A DNA stretch of 64,000 bases from positions 32,001 to 96,000 of the forward strand of contig CAVVHS010000008.1 of the NCBI GenBank assembly GCA_963748215.1. The letters are read 5' to 3'. The stretch is from an uncultured Gammaproteobacteria bacterium (GTDB lineage: Bacteria; Pseudomonadota; Gammaproteobacteria; UBA9214). Positions 9,073 through 19,855 of the stretch are shown here, one piece after another. The position numbers were made by a program, and so were the translations under genes. The notes below the pieces were generated by a model, which was not told the origin of the DNA, did no database searches, and saw only the letters and a list, made by a program, of their open reading frames with translations. Position 1 is the stretch's first letter. The number at the start of each line of letters is the position of its first letter.

Positions 9073-9184
9073 GATTCGACCCTCCGGTTAACAGGTGGTT
9101 CAGCGCACGGCCAGCTTGAACGCGCGGCGCGGCAGCAGGGTGATCAGACGGTAGCACATGATGGCATCGGGTTAGAAATAATCG

Positions 9185-9477
9185 GCCATGGAACCACACG
9201 GAATGCATTTGCGGGAACAAGCGCAGAGACCACGTTGATCAACCCGGGTTCCGCGGCCTTTGCCTTAAAAAACAGCCGCGGGAATATCTGGAATGTATTT
9301 GATTTTTCCGTGTTCTTTGGTGGATTCCGTGGCGAATTCAACGAATAAACAGCCACGGAAGCACACGGAAAAATTTTCCTTTCCATATTTTTTCGTTGAC
9401 CTCAAACAATATCCACGGACGCACCTGGAACGACTTTATTTTCCTTCCGTGTCATTCCGTGTGGTTCCGTGGCCATT
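9185..9477. repeat. Cluster of CACGGAA-type repeats in alternating orientation
   Basis: Copies near 9186, 9306-9333, 9352-9372, 9414 and 9445-9477. Confidence 0.8.
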
Positions 9478-9519
9478 ACCGTGTATGCACAAAAATATGG
9501 CCCGTTTTCGGCTACCGGT

Positions 9520-10737
9520 TTACTTGCGCCTCTTGCGGTTGGCCGCGATGCGCATGCGCAGGGCGTTGAGCTTGATGAAGCCTTCCGCGTCTTTCTGGTT
9601 GTAGGCGCCGGCATCGTCCTCGAAAGTCGCGATGCGCTCGTCGAACAGGCTGTCGCTGTCGGACTTGCGCCCGACCAGGACAACGTTGCCCTTGTAGAGC
9701 TTGAGCCGCACCGTGCCGTTAACGTGTTCCTGCGAGGCATCGATGAGTTCCTGCAGCAGGCGGCGCTCGGGGCTCCACCAGTAACCGTTGTAGATCAGGC
9801 TGGCATAGCGCGGCATCAGGTCGTCCTTCAGATGTGCCGCCTCGCGGTCCAGCGTCAGTGATTCGATGGCACGGTGGGCCTTCAGCAGGATGGTGCCGGC
9901 CGGGGTTTCGTAACAGCCGCGCGACTTCATGCCGACATAGCGGTTCTCGACGATGTCCGTGCGCCCGACACCGTTTGCCCCGCCCACCTTGTTGAGAATC
10001 TCCATGACCCGGCCCGGGCTGCTTGACTTGCCGTCGACGGCCACGGCATCACCGCGCTCGAAGGTGATCTCGACATAGGTCGGCGTATCCGGCGCCTTCT
10101 CGGGCGATACGCTCCACAGCCACATATCCTCTTCCGGCTCCGCCCACGGATCTTCCAGGATGCCGCCCTCGTAGGAGATATGCAGCGAATTGGCGTCCAT
10201 GGAGTACGGACTCTTCTTGCCTTGCTTGTGCTCGACGGGGATGCCGTGCTGTTCGGCATAGGCCAGCAGCGTCTCGCGCGAGGTCAGGTCCCATTCGCGC
10301 CACGGTGCGATGATCCTGATATCGGGATTGAGGGCGTAGGCGCCGAGTTCGAAGCGCACCTGGTCGTTACCCTTGCCGGTCGCGCCATGCGCGATGGCGT
10401 CGGCGCCGGTCTCGTGCGCGATTTCCACCAGGCGCTTGGCGATCAGCGGGCGCGCGATGGAGGTACCGAGCAGGTACTCGCCCTCGTAGAGGGTGTTGGC
10501 GCGGAACATCGGGAACACGAAATCGCGCGCGAATTCCTCGCGCAGTGTCTCGATATAGATCTCCTTGACGCCCATGGCCTTGGCCTTGGCGCGCGCCGGC
10601 TCGATCTCCTCGCCCTGGCCGATGTCGGCGGTGAAGGTCACCACTTCGCAGCCGTAGGTCTCCTCCAGCCACTTGAGGATGACGGAGGTATCCAGCCCGC
10701 CCGAGTAGGCGAGTACAACTTTTTTTATGTCAGACAT
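9520..10737 (-). CDS. argG: Argininosuccinate synthase
   Basis: [35 protein letters not shown]. Confidence 0.98.
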   Translation of the reverse strand: MSDIKKVVLAYSGGLDTSVILKWLEETYGCEVVTFTADIGQGEEIEPARAKAKAMGVKEIYIETLREEFARDFVFPMFRANTLYEGEYLLGTSIARPLIAKRLVEIAHETGADAIAHGATGKGNDQVRFELGAYALNPDIRIIAPWREWDLTSRETLLAYAEQHGIPVEHKQGKKSPYSMDANSLHISYEGGILEDPWAEPEEDMWLWSVSPEKAPDTPTYVEITFERGDAVAVDGKSSSPGRVMEILNKVGGANGVGRTDIVENRYVGMKSRGCYETPAGTILLKAHRAIESLTLDREAAHLKDDLMPRYASLIYNGYWWSPERRLLQELIDASQEHVNGTVRLKLYKGNVVLVGRKSDSDSLFDERIATFEDDAGAYNQKDAEGFIKLNALRMRIAANRKRRK

Positions 10738-10758
10738 TCCACTGTAACCCTTTTAACG

Positions 10759-11056
10759 CCCTCTCCCTAAGGGAGGGGTTGGGGAGAGGGGATAGAATAC
10801 AGGACGCTGGCCTGTTCAAACTCCCTCAACCCCCGCCTGCGCGGGGGCAGGCCTGGCCTTCTCCCGGCGTACCCAAAAAGGCGGGTATTAAGGAGGAGGA
10901 ATTCTTTTAAGCTCACGGTGCGCAGAGCGCACCCTACACCCCCTCTCCCCCGGGAGAGGGTTGGGGAGAGGGGATAGAATACAGGACGCTGGCCTGTTCA
11001 AACTCCCTCATCCCCCGCCTGCCCGGGGGCAGGCCTGGCCTTCTCCCGGCGTACCC
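10759..11056. repeat. Two ~116-bp direct repeats built on CCCTCTCCC..GGGAGAGGG hairpins
   Basis: Units near 10759-10874 and 10941-11056 share GATAGAATACAGGACGCTGGCCTGTTCAAACTCCCTCA; a GTAG-type REP lies between. Confidence 0.88.
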
Positions 11057-11131
11057 GAATAACGGGCAAATGGAGAAGGAATTCTCTGTTCACGTTCTTG
11101 CCTGTTTCCACACAGGAAAGCTATCCGACTG

Positions 11132-13792
11132 TCACGCCGTTGTCTTTTTCGTGCTGCGGCGCAGGCGCGACAGCAGGCGCCGCGCCAGGTCACCGAACAG
11201 TTCGGTCTGGGTCGGGTGCGGATGGATCGCCTCGCCCACCTGCTCCAGGGTCAGTCGGCCTGCCACCATCATCACTGCCTCGCCGATCAGGGTGTCGGCA
11301 TGGTCGGCGAGGAAATGCACGCCGACCACCCGGTGCGTAGTCTTGTCCGCGACGAGCTTGATCATGCCATGCGTCTCGTGGTTGATCATCGCCTTGGCAT
11401 CGATGTTCATCGGCACCTTCACCTCTGCGACATCCATGCCCTTCGCCTTCGCCTGATCGACAGACAGGCCGACGAACGCGGCCTGCGGGCGCGAGAAGAT
11501 CACGCCGCAATCCCGGTCCTGATCGTATTGCATATTCTCGCCGAGGATGGTCGCGGCTGAGACGCGCCCCTGCTGCGCGGCGGTATGCGCCAGCATCAGG
11601 CCACCGATGACGTCGCCGACGGCGAAGATGTGCGGCACACTGGTGCGGCAGCGGCTGTCGGCGGTGACGATGCTGCGTTCGCTGGCAACACCGGCTGCCT
11701 CCAGGTTGAGCCCGCCCAGCACCGGTCGCTTGCCGGTCGCCATGATGACGCAGTCCACGGACAGGTTACGCGAGTTGCCGTCGCTGTCGGTACAGCTCAC
11801 CTTCATCGCACCGGGCGTGCCGCTGATCTTGTTCACGGCGGCACCGGTCAGCACTTCGAGGCGCGGCTCGGCGACCAGGATCCCGGTCAGGGCCTTGGCG
11901 ATCTCCGGCTCGACCTCGGCCAGGATGCGCGGCTGCGCCTCGAGCAGCGTGACCTTGGCGCCGAAGTCTTGGAAGATCTGCGCCATCTCGACACCGATGG
12001 CACCGCCGCCGATGACGGCGAGTTTTTTCGGCGGCGCGTCCAGCGTCCACACCGTGTCCGAGGTGAGCACGCCGCCGTTATCCAGGCCTTCCTGCGCGCC
12101 GGGGATCGGCGGCACGAACGGCGGTGCGCCGGTGGCGATCACGGCGGCGCCGAAGCTGATGCTGCGGGCGGCCGGTGCCGTCGGCGCAGCGGTACGATTG
12201 TGCGGATCGTCGCTGTTGGTCGAGGTATTGATCGCCAGCGTGTGCGCGTCCACGAACTGGCCAAAGCCCTGGATGTAGTCGATGCGCACACCCTTGTCGG
12301 TCTTCAACGCCATCTCGCCGCGCGTCTCCAGCACCTGGCGGCGATGGGCCTCGAGGTCCTTCCACACCAGCTTCGCCTTGTTGGTGCCGGTGACACCGAG
12401 GAGAGCGTCTTCCGCGCGGTCGCGCATGCGGTCGGCCGCGGCACGCCAGGCCTTGGACGGGATACAACCGCGCCACAGGCATTCGCCACCGGGGAACGGC
12501 GCGTCGTTGATCAGTGCGACCTTCAGCTTGTGCCCGGCCAGGTCACGCGCACAGTCCTCGCCACCCGGGCCGCCGCCGACCACGACCACGTCGTAGTCCC
12601 AGTCGCCTTCCGGTATGGCCGGTCCGCCCGGCCCCATCCAGTCACCGGGCTGCTGCACGAATTCCTTCAGCGTCTGCAGGAACAGCGCCACATCGGCGCC
12701 GTTGATTACGCGGTGATCGGCAGTAACGGTAAAGGCGCTGCCCTTGTCGGTGTTCGATGCAATGGCCAGGATCGCGGCCAGTCCCGGCGTGGCAATGGCG
12801 TCGAAGTGGCTGACGTCGAACATGCCCATGTTGGAAATCTGGAACGTCGCGCCGGTGAATTCCTCCAGGTTGAGGTGACGGGTGCGTGCCCGCGCCACCA
12901 GGTCTTTCCAGTCCGTGTTCAGTTCGGCGAGTTCGCGCGACTCGCAGCCGCGCAGGATCGGCACTACCAGCCCGCCGTCGTCGGCGGCCACCGCCATGCC
13001 GATATCGACCTGGCTGCGCTCGATCAGCTTGTCATCCGGCTGGTAACACCAGTTGATCTTGGGATGCCTGGTGATGGCCAGCCCGCAGGCCCGTGCGATC
13101 GCCACTGTCACCGACACACCGGCCGATTTGGCCTCGGCCATCAGCGCCTCGAGGTGGATGTGCGTGGTTACGCGGAAGGTCGGCATGGAAATCGAGGACG
13201 CCATGGCGCGCGCGATCGCCTTTTCCATCGATTTCATCGGCCGGCCATTGCCGGGCACGGCCATCTCGAACGGCGCCGGCGCACGCTGTATATCGGCGGC
13301 CGTCACCACGCCGCCCGGACCCGATCCGCTCAGTCGATCGATGTCGGTACCGGCTTGTGCAGCCAGCCGGCGTGCCAGCGGCGAAGCCTTGTTGCCCTGC
13401 GGGCGCGGCGCCGGCGCGGCGCCCGTGGCGGCAGGCACAGCCGCTGCCGGTGTGGGTGCCGCGGCCGGTTGTGCTGCCGCCGCAGGTGCCGATGCCGGCT
13501 GCGCGCCAGCCGCGGCGGGTTTTGCCGTGCTGGCATCGACGTCGGATTTCGATTCCACCAGGTAGCCGATCGCGTGGGTCACCGGCACCACGGCATCCAC
13601 CGGGGCCAGCGGTCCGGACAGGTAGCCGTCGCGGAACACCTCGACGTCCATGACGGCCTTGTCGGTCTCGACCGTGGCGACGATGTCGCCGCGCTTGACC
13701 GCGTCGCCGATGTTCTTTTCCCAGCTGACAATGACACCTTCCGTCATGGTGTCGGACAACTGGGGCATCTTGATTACATAGGGTTCAGCCAT
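11132..13792 (-). CDS. Pyruvate dehydrogenase E2-E3 fusion (lipoyl, binding, acetyltransferase and dihydrolipoamide dehydrogenase domains)
   Basis: VETDKAVM lipoyl site, ASPLARRLA, DHRVING, GGGPGG, GGECLWRGCIPSK, HPHPTQTE in one 886 aa ORF. Confidence 0.93.
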   Translation of the reverse strand: MAEPYVIKMPQLSDTMTEGVIVSWEKNIGDAVKRGDIVATVETDKAVMDVEVFRDGYLSGPLAPVDAVVPVTHAIGYLVESKSDVDASTAKPAAAGAQPASAPAAAAQPAAAPTPAAAVPAATGAAPAPRPQGNKASPLARRLAAQAGTDIDRLSGSGPGGVVTAADIQRAPAPFEMAVPGNGRPMKSMEKAIARAMASSISMPTFRVTTHIHLEALMAEAKSAGVSVTVAIARACGLAITRHPKINWCYQPDDKLIERSQVDIGMAVAADDGGLVVPILRGCESRELAELNTDWKDLVARARTRHLNLEEFTGATFQISNMGMFDVSHFDAIATPGLAAILAIASNTDKGSAFTVTADHRVINGADVALFLQTLKEFVQQPGDWMGPGGPAIPEGDWDYDVVVVGGGPGGEDCARDLAGHKLKVALINDAPFPGGECLWRGCIPSKAWRAAADRMRDRAEDALLGVTGTNKAKLVWKDLEAHRRQVLETRGEMALKTDKGVRIDYIQGFGQFVDAHTLAINTSTNSDDPHNRTAAPTAPAARSISFGAAVIATGAPPFVPPIPGAQEGLDNGGVLTSDTVWTLDAPPKKLAVIGGGAIGVEMAQIFQDFGAKVTLLEAQPRILAEVEPEIAKALTGILVAEPRLEVLTGAAVNKISGTPGAMKVSCTDSDGNSRNLSVDCVIMATGKRPVLGGLNLEAAGVASERSIVTADSRCRTSVPHIFAVGDVIGGLMLAHTAAQQGRVSAATILGENMQYDQDRDCGVIFSRPQAAFVGLSVDQAKAKGMDVAEVKVPMNIDAKAMINHETHGMIKLVADKTTHRVVGVHFLADHADTLIGEAVMMVAGRLTLEQVGEAIHPHPTQTELFGDLARRLLSRLRRSTKKTTA

Positions 13793-13814
13793 GGTTTTCC
13801 ATTCAGAAAAATTC

Positions 13815-13960
13815 AGCCACAGAGCGCGCAGAAAATTAACAATTCGCGGACGCGGTCCGCTCCTACAGGAACGTTAACAGGCGTAGGAGCGCATCTCATG
13901 CGCGATGAATCCAGGCAAAGCCTGGTTCAGCTTTAATTTCCTCTGTGTACTCTGTGGCAA
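13815..13960. repeat. GTAG REP doublet nested in a GCCACAGAG inverted pair
   Basis: TCGCGGACGCGGTCCGCTCCTAC and GTAGGAGCGCATCTCATGCGCGA between GCCACAGAGCGCGCAGA and CTCTGTGTACTCTGTGGC. Confidence 0.75.
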
Positions 13961-13976
13961 TGTGTTTTGAAATACC

Positions 13977-14957
13977 CTAAATACCGAGCATCTTGCGCAC
14001 GGCCTCGACCACGTCGTTCTCATCGGGCAGCGCGGCCTTTTCCAGGGCGTGGTTGTAGGGAATCGGCACGTTCAGTGCGGACACCCGCACCGGCGCGGCA
14101 TCCAGCTCGAAGAAGCATTCCTCGTTGATGATCGCCATGACCTCGGCGCCGACGCCGACGGCGGGCTCGGCCTCCTCGACGATCACCGCGCGGTGGGTCT
14201 TGCTCACCGAGTTACGGATACCGGCGCGGTCCAGCGGGCTCAGCGCGAACAGGTCGACGACCTCGGCCTCGATGCCGTGGTGCTGCGACAGCAGCTCGGC
14301 GGCCTTCATGCACCAGTGCACGGAAATGTTGTAGCCGAACAGCGTGACGTCGCGGCCCTCGCGGGCGACCTCGGAGCCTTCCAGGGGGTGGAAATATTCC
14401 TCCTCCGGTACCTCGCCCTTCATGTTGTACATGAGTTCGTGTTCGTTGATGAACACCGGGTCGTTGCAGCGCACGGCGGATTTCAGCAGGCCATAGGCCT
14501 GGCGCGGGCTGGACGGCGTCACCACGCGCAGGCCGGCGATGCCCATGAACACCTTTTCCATGCGCGCGGAATGCTGCGAACCGAGCTGGTGGGCGGTGCC
14601 GCCCGGGGAACGCACCACGATCGGCGCCGTCAGCTGGCCGCCCGACATGTAGCGCACCTTGGCGGCCGTGTTGAAAATCTGGTCCATGGCCAGCCAGGAA
14701 AAGTTCACCGACATGATTTCGATGATCGGCCGCACACCGAGGAAGGAGGCGCCGATACCCAGGCCGGTATAACCGTTCTCCGAAATCGGCGTGTCGATAA
14801 TGCGTTTCTCGCCGTATTTTTCGTACAGGCCCAGCGTCGCCTTGTAGGTACCGCCCACCACGCCGATGTCCTCGCCCATCGCGATCACCATCGGGTCATT
14901 GGCCAGTTCTTCATCATGGGCGCGCCGGATCGCCTCCCAGTACATAATCTCGGCCAT
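13977..14957 (-). CDS. pdhB: Pyruvate dehydrogenase E1 beta
   Basis: MGEDIG, DTPISE, HQLGSQHS; TAATG overlap with alpha. Confidence 0.93.
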   Translation of the reverse strand: MAEIMYWEAIRRAHDEELANDPMVIAMGEDIGVVGGTYKATLGLYEKYGEKRIIDTPISENGYTGLGIGASFLGVRPIIEIMSVNFSWLAMDQIFNTAAKVRYMSGGQLTAPIVVRSPGGTAHQLGSQHSARMEKVFMGIAGLRVVTPSSPRQAYGLLKSAVRCNDPVFINEHELMYNMKGEVPEEEYFHPLEGSEVAREGRDVTLFGYNISVHWCMKAAELLSQHHGIEAEVVDLFALSPLDRAGIRNSVSKTHRAVIVEEAEPAVGVGAEVMAIINEECFFELDAAPVRVSALNVPIPYNHALEKAALPDENDVVEAVRKMLGI

Positions 14958-15949
14958 TACGCTGTCCCGCCCCTGACCCACGGGTCATTCTCTGCAAGGA
15001 CGTATTTCCCGACGTCGGCGATGTGCGGCTCGGGCGATTCCGTGGCGAAGCGGATCACCTCGTCCTCGATCTCGTCCAGTATTTCGGTATCCATGTCCTT
15101 GAATTCCTTCAGCGTCAGCTTGCCGGCCTCGATCAGGCGGTCGCGCAGCATGATGACCGGGTCGCGCTTGCTCCACATGCGCTCCTCGGTCTTGGCCCGG
15201 TAGGCGTTGGAGTCGGACATGGAATGACCGCGGTAGCGGTAGGTCATCAGTTCCAGGAAGTACGGGCCCTTGCCGCCGCGCACGTGTTTGACTGCCTTGA
15301 CCGCGGCCTTGTGCACCAGCTCGACGTCCTGGCCATTCACCTGCGCCGAGGGAATGTTGTAGGCAGCGACACGCTTGTACTGGTCAATCACCGCGGTGGA
15401 GCGTTCGATGCGCGTGCCGATGCCATACAGGTTGTTCTCGCACACGTAGAGCACGGGCAGGTTCCACAGCGCGGCCATGTTCAGCGACTCGTGGAAGGTG
15501 CCCTGGTTGTTGGCCGCGTCGCCGAGGAAACAGATGCAGATCTCGTCGCCACCCTGCATCTGGATGGCCTTGGCAATGCCGGCCGCCAGCGGGAACGGTC
15601 CGCCGACCAGCGCGTAGCCGCCCATGAAGCGGTGCTTGACGTCGAAGATGTGCATGGAGCCGCCGCGTCCCTTGCTGACGCCGGTCTCCTTGGAAAACAG
15701 TTCCGCCATCACCGCGCGCGGGTCCGAGCCGGCCTTGATGGCATGCACGTGGTCACGGTAGCTGGTGATGACGTAGTCGTGACCGACCCGGGCGGCTTCC
15801 AGTACGCCGTGGGCGCAGGCCTCTTCACCCGGATACAGGTGCAGGAACCCGCCGATGTTGCGTTCGACGTAGGCCTCGTAGCAGCGCTCCTCGAAGCGGC
15901 GCGCGAACAGCATTTCCCGTAGCAGGCGTATTTTATCGGCGTCTTTCAT
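14957..15949 (-). CDS. pdhA: Pyruvate dehydrogenase E1 alpha
   Basis: GGFLHLY, GRGGSMH, GDAA...ENN TPP motif, YRYRGHSMSD; start MKDADK. Confidence 0.93.
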   Translation of the reverse strand: MKDADKIRLLREMLFARRFEERCYEAYVERNIGGFLHLYPGEEACAHGVLEAARVGHDYVITSYRDHVHAIKAGSDPRAVMAELFSKETGVSKGRGGSMHIFDVKHRFMGGYALVGGPFPLAAGIAKAIQMQGGDEICICFLGDAANNQGTFHESLNMAALWNLPVLYVCENNLYGIGTRIERSTAVIDQYKRVAAYNIPSAQVNGQDVELVHKAAVKAVKHVRGGKGPYFLELMTYRYRGHSMSDSNAYRAKTEERMWSKRDPVIMLRDRLIEAGKLTLKEFKDMDTEILDEIEDEVIRFATESPEPHIADVGKYVLAENDPWVRGGTA

Positions 15950-16131
15950 ACGATGGCAGTTAGCGTCGGATTTCCGGCACCCTCTTTCCCAGGCAGCTTG
16001 TGCAGGTCGATGGCAGGTTTCACTATCCGGTGGTATCGCCATCCCCCTGAATTCAAAGGGGACAGTGGTATCAGAAACCCGGCAAGCGCGATATGATCAG
16101 CGTTTTGCAGCAACAGGTCAAGGCAATCAGC

Positions 16132-17646
16132 ATGGACATCCCCTACCGGCATAGCGAAAAAATCAAGCTGAATCAGCACCCAAAAGACCTGACACCGTCG
16201 GCGGTCGACGCCCTGGCGGCGGTCATCCTGCTGGTGCCGGACAAGCCTGGCAAGGCGGTGTGGGAACGGCTGCCCTATGCGGACATTCTCAAGCCGCGCT
16301 GGCAGCGTCAGCTGCGCCGCGATCCGGACAGCGACTGCCTCATCACCGACCTGCCCAATCGCAGCGGCACCCGCATCTTCCTGCAGGCCATCAAGCCGGA
16401 TGGCACGGCGTATGCCGGCCTGGACCGGGCGCGCAAGCTGGCCGACGCGCTGCGCAAGCTCGATCCGGCCGTGGCCGGCATCCAGCTCGCCGGGTTCGAC
16501 CCGGCCAGCGGCGACCGCCTGCTGGAACAGCTGGCCGCCGCGTTGCTGGCCGGTGCCTGCCCGATGCCGAGCTTCAAGTCGAAACCCGAACCCGCAGCCG
16601 CGCTGAAACAGCTGGACATCCATGGCCTGCAGGAGACGGTCGACCTGGCCCAGGTCCGGGCAGAGACGGTCGGCAATCACCTGGCACGCTGGCTGTCCGC
16701 GCTGCCGGGCAATGAACTGACGCCCGGCAGCTACCGCGCCTTCGTGGCGACACTCGCCAGACAGGAAGGCTGGCGCCTGCAGTTCCTCGACCGCAAGGCG
16801 CTCGCCAGGAAAAAGGCCGGCGCGTTTCTCGCCGTCTGCCAGGGCAGTCCGGAGCCGGATGCCGGCATCGTGCACCTGCAATACCGTCCGCAGGCGCGCG
16901 GCAAAAAACTCGCCCTGGTCGGCAAGGGCATCTGTTTCGACACCGGCGGCGTCAACGTGAAACCGGCGAAGTACATGAACGGCATGCACGAGGACATGCA
17001 GGGCAGCGCGGTGGCGCTCGGCACCCTGCTGGCACTGAGCCGGCTGAAAACGAAGCACCCGGTCGACTGCTGGCTGGCGCTGGCGGAAAACCACATCGGC
17101 AGCCGCGCCTACAAGCCCAACGACGTGGTCACCGCCTGCAACGGCACAACCATCGAGGTCAAGCACACCGATGCCGAGGGCCGCATGATCCTGGCCGACA
17201 CCCTGGCGCTGGCGAGCCGGACCAAACCGGCCGTCATGATCGACTACGCGACGCTGACCGGCGCCTGCATCTACTCGCTGTCCTCGCGCTACAGCGGCGT
17301 GTTCAGCAACCGCGATGCGCTCAATGCGACCCTGATCCAGGCCGGGCGTGACAGCGGCGAACGCGTATGGCCGTTCCCGCTGGACGAGGATTTCGACGAG
17401 GCACTCAAGTCGGACGTCGCCGACACCCTGCAGTGCACCCTGGAGGGCGAGGCCGATCATATCCTCGCGGCACGCTTCCTGAAGCGTTTCGTCGACGACA
17501 GCATCGACTGGATCCATGTCGACCTGGCCGCCAGCAATCACAAGGGCGGGCTTGCGCATGTGCCGACCGACACTACCGGCTTCGGCGTACGGCTGACCCT
17601 GAACCTGCTGCGCCAGCAGGCCATCCTGGACGGCACGTGGAACTGA
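16132..17646 (+). CDS. M17 leucyl aminopeptidase family protein
   Basis: LVGKGICFDTGG, DMQGSA, HTDAEGRM, DYATLTGA; start 16093 or 16132. Confidence 0.93.
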   Translation: MDIPYRHSEKIKLNQHPKDLTPSAVDALAAVILLVPDKPGKAVWERLPYADILKPRWQRQLRRDPDSDCLITDLPNRSGTRIFLQAIKPDGTAYAGLDRARKLADALRKLDPAVAGIQLAGFDPASGDRLLEQLAAALLAGACPMPSFKSKPEPAAALKQLDIHGLQETVDLAQVRAETVGNHLARWLSALPGNELTPGSYRAFVATLARQEGWRLQFLDRKALARKKAGAFLAVCQGSPEPDAGIVHLQYRPQARGKKLALVGKGICFDTGGVNVKPAKYMNGMHEDMQGSAVALGTLLALSRLKTKHPVDCWLALAENHIGSRAYKPNDVVTACNGTTIEVKHTDAEGRMILADTLALASRTKPAVMIDYATLTGACIYSLSSRYSGVFSNRDALNATLIQAGRDSGERVWPFPLDEDFDEALKSDVADTLQCTLEGEADHILAARFLKRFVDDSIDWIHVDLAASNHKGGLAHVPTDTTGFGVRLTLNLLRQQAILDGTWN

Positions 17647-18668
17647 CCCTGACCCGGCCCGATGACTGGCACCTGCATGTGCGCGACGGTGCCGCGCTCG
17701 CGGCCGTGATCGCGCACACGGCACGCCAGTTCGCGCGCGCCATCATCATGCCGAACCTGCAACCGCCGGTCACCAGCGTCGAGCAGGCGCGCGCCTACCG
17801 CGCACGCATCCTGGCGGCCCTGCCTGCGGACAGCGGATTCGATCCCCTGATGACACTGTATCTGACCGACAACACCACGGCATCCGACATCGAGGCGGCC
17901 GCGGCCGACGACAGCGTGTACGCCGTGAAACTCTACCCCGCCGGCGCCACCACCCATTCGGATGCCGGCGTGACCGACATCAGCAATACCTGGGCGGCAC
18001 TGGAGGCGATGCAGAGCCGCGGCCTGCCGCTGCTGGTGCACGCCGAGATCACCGATACGGTGGTTGACGTGTTCGACCGCGAACGGGTGTACATCGACCG
18101 GGTGCTGGAACCGCTGGCGCGCCGCTTCCCGGCGCTGAAGATCGTGCTGGAACACGTCACCACACAGGACGGCGTGGATTTCGTGCAGGCCGGAGGCAGC
18201 AACATCGCGGCGACCGTCACCGCGCATCACCTGCTGCTGAACCGCAATGCCATGTTCCAGGGTGGCCTGCAGCCGCATGCCTACTGCCTGCCGGTCCTGA
18301 AACGCGAAACCCATCGCGACGCACTGGTGAAGGCCGCGACCGGCGGCAGCGGCAAATTCTTTCTCGGCACCGACAGCGCACCGCATGCCCGCGAACGCAA
18401 GGAAAGCAGTTGCGGCTGTGCCGGCATCTACACCGCGCACGCCGCGCTGGAACTGTACGCCCAGGCCTTCGAGGATGCCGGCGAGCTCGACAAGCTGGAG
18501 GGCTTTGCCAGCCACTTCGGCGCGGATTTCTACGGCCTGCCACGCAACTCCGGCAGCATCACGCTGGTCAGGGAAGACTGGCAGGTGCCGGACAGCTATC
18601 CCCTGGGTGATTCCACTGTCATACCGATGCACGCCGGCAAAACACTGCACTGGCGGCTCAGGGACTGA
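17637..18668 (+). CDS. pyrC: Dihydroorotase
   Basis: RPDDWHLHVRDG, MPNL, KLYPAGATT, FLGTDSAPH; GTG start overlapping the upstream gene. Confidence 0.96.
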   Translation: MELTLTRPDDWHLHVRDGAALAAVIAHTARQFARAIIMPNLQPPVTSVEQARAYRARILAALPADSGFDPLMTLYLTDNTTASDIEAAAADDSVYAVKLYPAGATTHSDAGVTDISNTWAALEAMQSRGLPLLVHAEITDTVVDVFDRERVYIDRVLEPLARRFPALKIVLEHVTTQDGVDFVQAGGSNIAATVTAHHLLLNRNAMFQGGLQPHAYCLPVLKRETHRDALVKAATGGSGKFFLGTDSAPHARERKESSCGCAGIYTAHAALELYAQAFEDAGELDKLEGFASHFGADFYGLPRNSGSITLVREDWQVPDSYPLGDSTVIPMHAGKTLHWRLRD

Positions 18669-18719
18669 CGTCTTGTGGCGGCCATCCGTTTCCGGTGGCA
18701 GCTGTTGTATAACTTCACT

Positions 18720-19115
18720 AATGGCCACGGAAACACACGGAACTTCACGGAAGAACACTGAAAAATTACATCCATGTAGGGTGCGTTTTACGCACCAGGG
18801 CTGGTGCACGAAGTGCACCCTACAACCTTTTCCCTGGATTCCGGTCTGCGCTGGAATGACGGAATTAATCAGCGGTTCGTCAATCATCTGAATTCAGCTG
18901 TCTGTCATTATCAACTGCCTCGCAACCGCATTATAATTTTTCCGTGTTCTTCCGTGGATTCCGTGGCAATTTTTCTTTTCACGTTTCACGCCCCACCTCA
19001 GCCGCAGGGAGGCACCCCGGGCGCTGTCACGGTGCGTAAAACGCACCCTACACCTGCGCCCTGGGGTACGGGTAAGGCAACCTTCCGTGTCATTCCGTGT
19101 GTTTCCGTGGCCATT
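18720..19115. repeat. ~390-bp composite repeat, left arm
   Basis: Colinear reverse complement of 20419-20803; mosaic of CACGGAA, GTAG-REP and GTCATTCC units. Confidence 0.9.
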
Positions 19116-19186
19116 ACCTTGCATGCTTCAGCGTGGCCGTCAGTGATTGCATCGCATTGGCCGCCCCGATTCGGTATGCTAGGCGG

Positions 19187-19852
19187 ATGCTGACAGAGTC
19201 CGAAAAATCACCGATCGCGCGACGTTTCCGCGGCTTTCTTCCGGTCGTGGTGGATATCGAGACCGGCGGGTTCAACGCGAAACGCGACGCCATGCTGGAG
19301 ATCGCCGCCGTTACCCTGGACATGGATGAAGAGGGTTTCATCTGCCGCCGGGAAACCATCGCCTGTCACGTCGAACCGTTTCCCGGCGCCAACCTGGACG
19401 CGGAGTCGCTGGCGTTCACGGGTATCGATCCCTACAACCCGTTTCGCATGGCCAAGCCGGAGCGCGATGCACTGGAGATCATCTTCAAGCCGGTGCGACG
19501 GCTGATCCGCTCCAGTGGTTGCAATCGTGCGATCCTGGTCGGCCATAACGCCGCCTTCGACCTGTCGTTCCTGAACGCCGCCGTCACGCGCAGCGGCATC
19601 AAGCGCAATCCGTTTCATCCCTTCAGCACCTTCGACACGGTGCCGCTGGCGGGGATGGCATACGGCCAGACCGTGCTGGCCCGAGCCGTGGAAGCGGCCG
19701 GCTTCGACTGGAGTAATGACAAGGCCCATACCGCCATTTACGATACCGAAAAGACAGCCGATCTCTTCTGTTCCATCATCAATCGCTGGAACGAGCTCAG
19801 CCTGCACCACGCAGGTTCCGACACTCACCGGCAGCAACAGCAAGGTAATTAA
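19187..19852 (+). CDS. rnt: Ribonuclease T
   Basis: [41 protein letters not shown]. Confidence 0.97.
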   Translation: MLTESEKSPIARRFRGFLPVVVDIETGGFNAKRDAMLEIAAVTLDMDEEGFICRRETIACHVEPFPGANLDAESLAFTGIDPYNPFRMAKPERDALEIIFKPVRRLIRSSGCNRAILVGHNAAFDLSFLNAAVTRSGIKRNPFHPFSTFDTVPLAGMAYGQTVLARAVEAAGFDWSNDKAHTAIYDTEKTADLFCSIINRWNELSLHHAGSDTHRQQQQGN

Positions 19853-19855
19853 CAC

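Noticed and set aside
11585-13936. Long antisense ORFs (783 aa here; also 15946-17724 and 23437-24972)
   Set aside because: Shadow frames of GC-rich genes with clear motifs on the other strand
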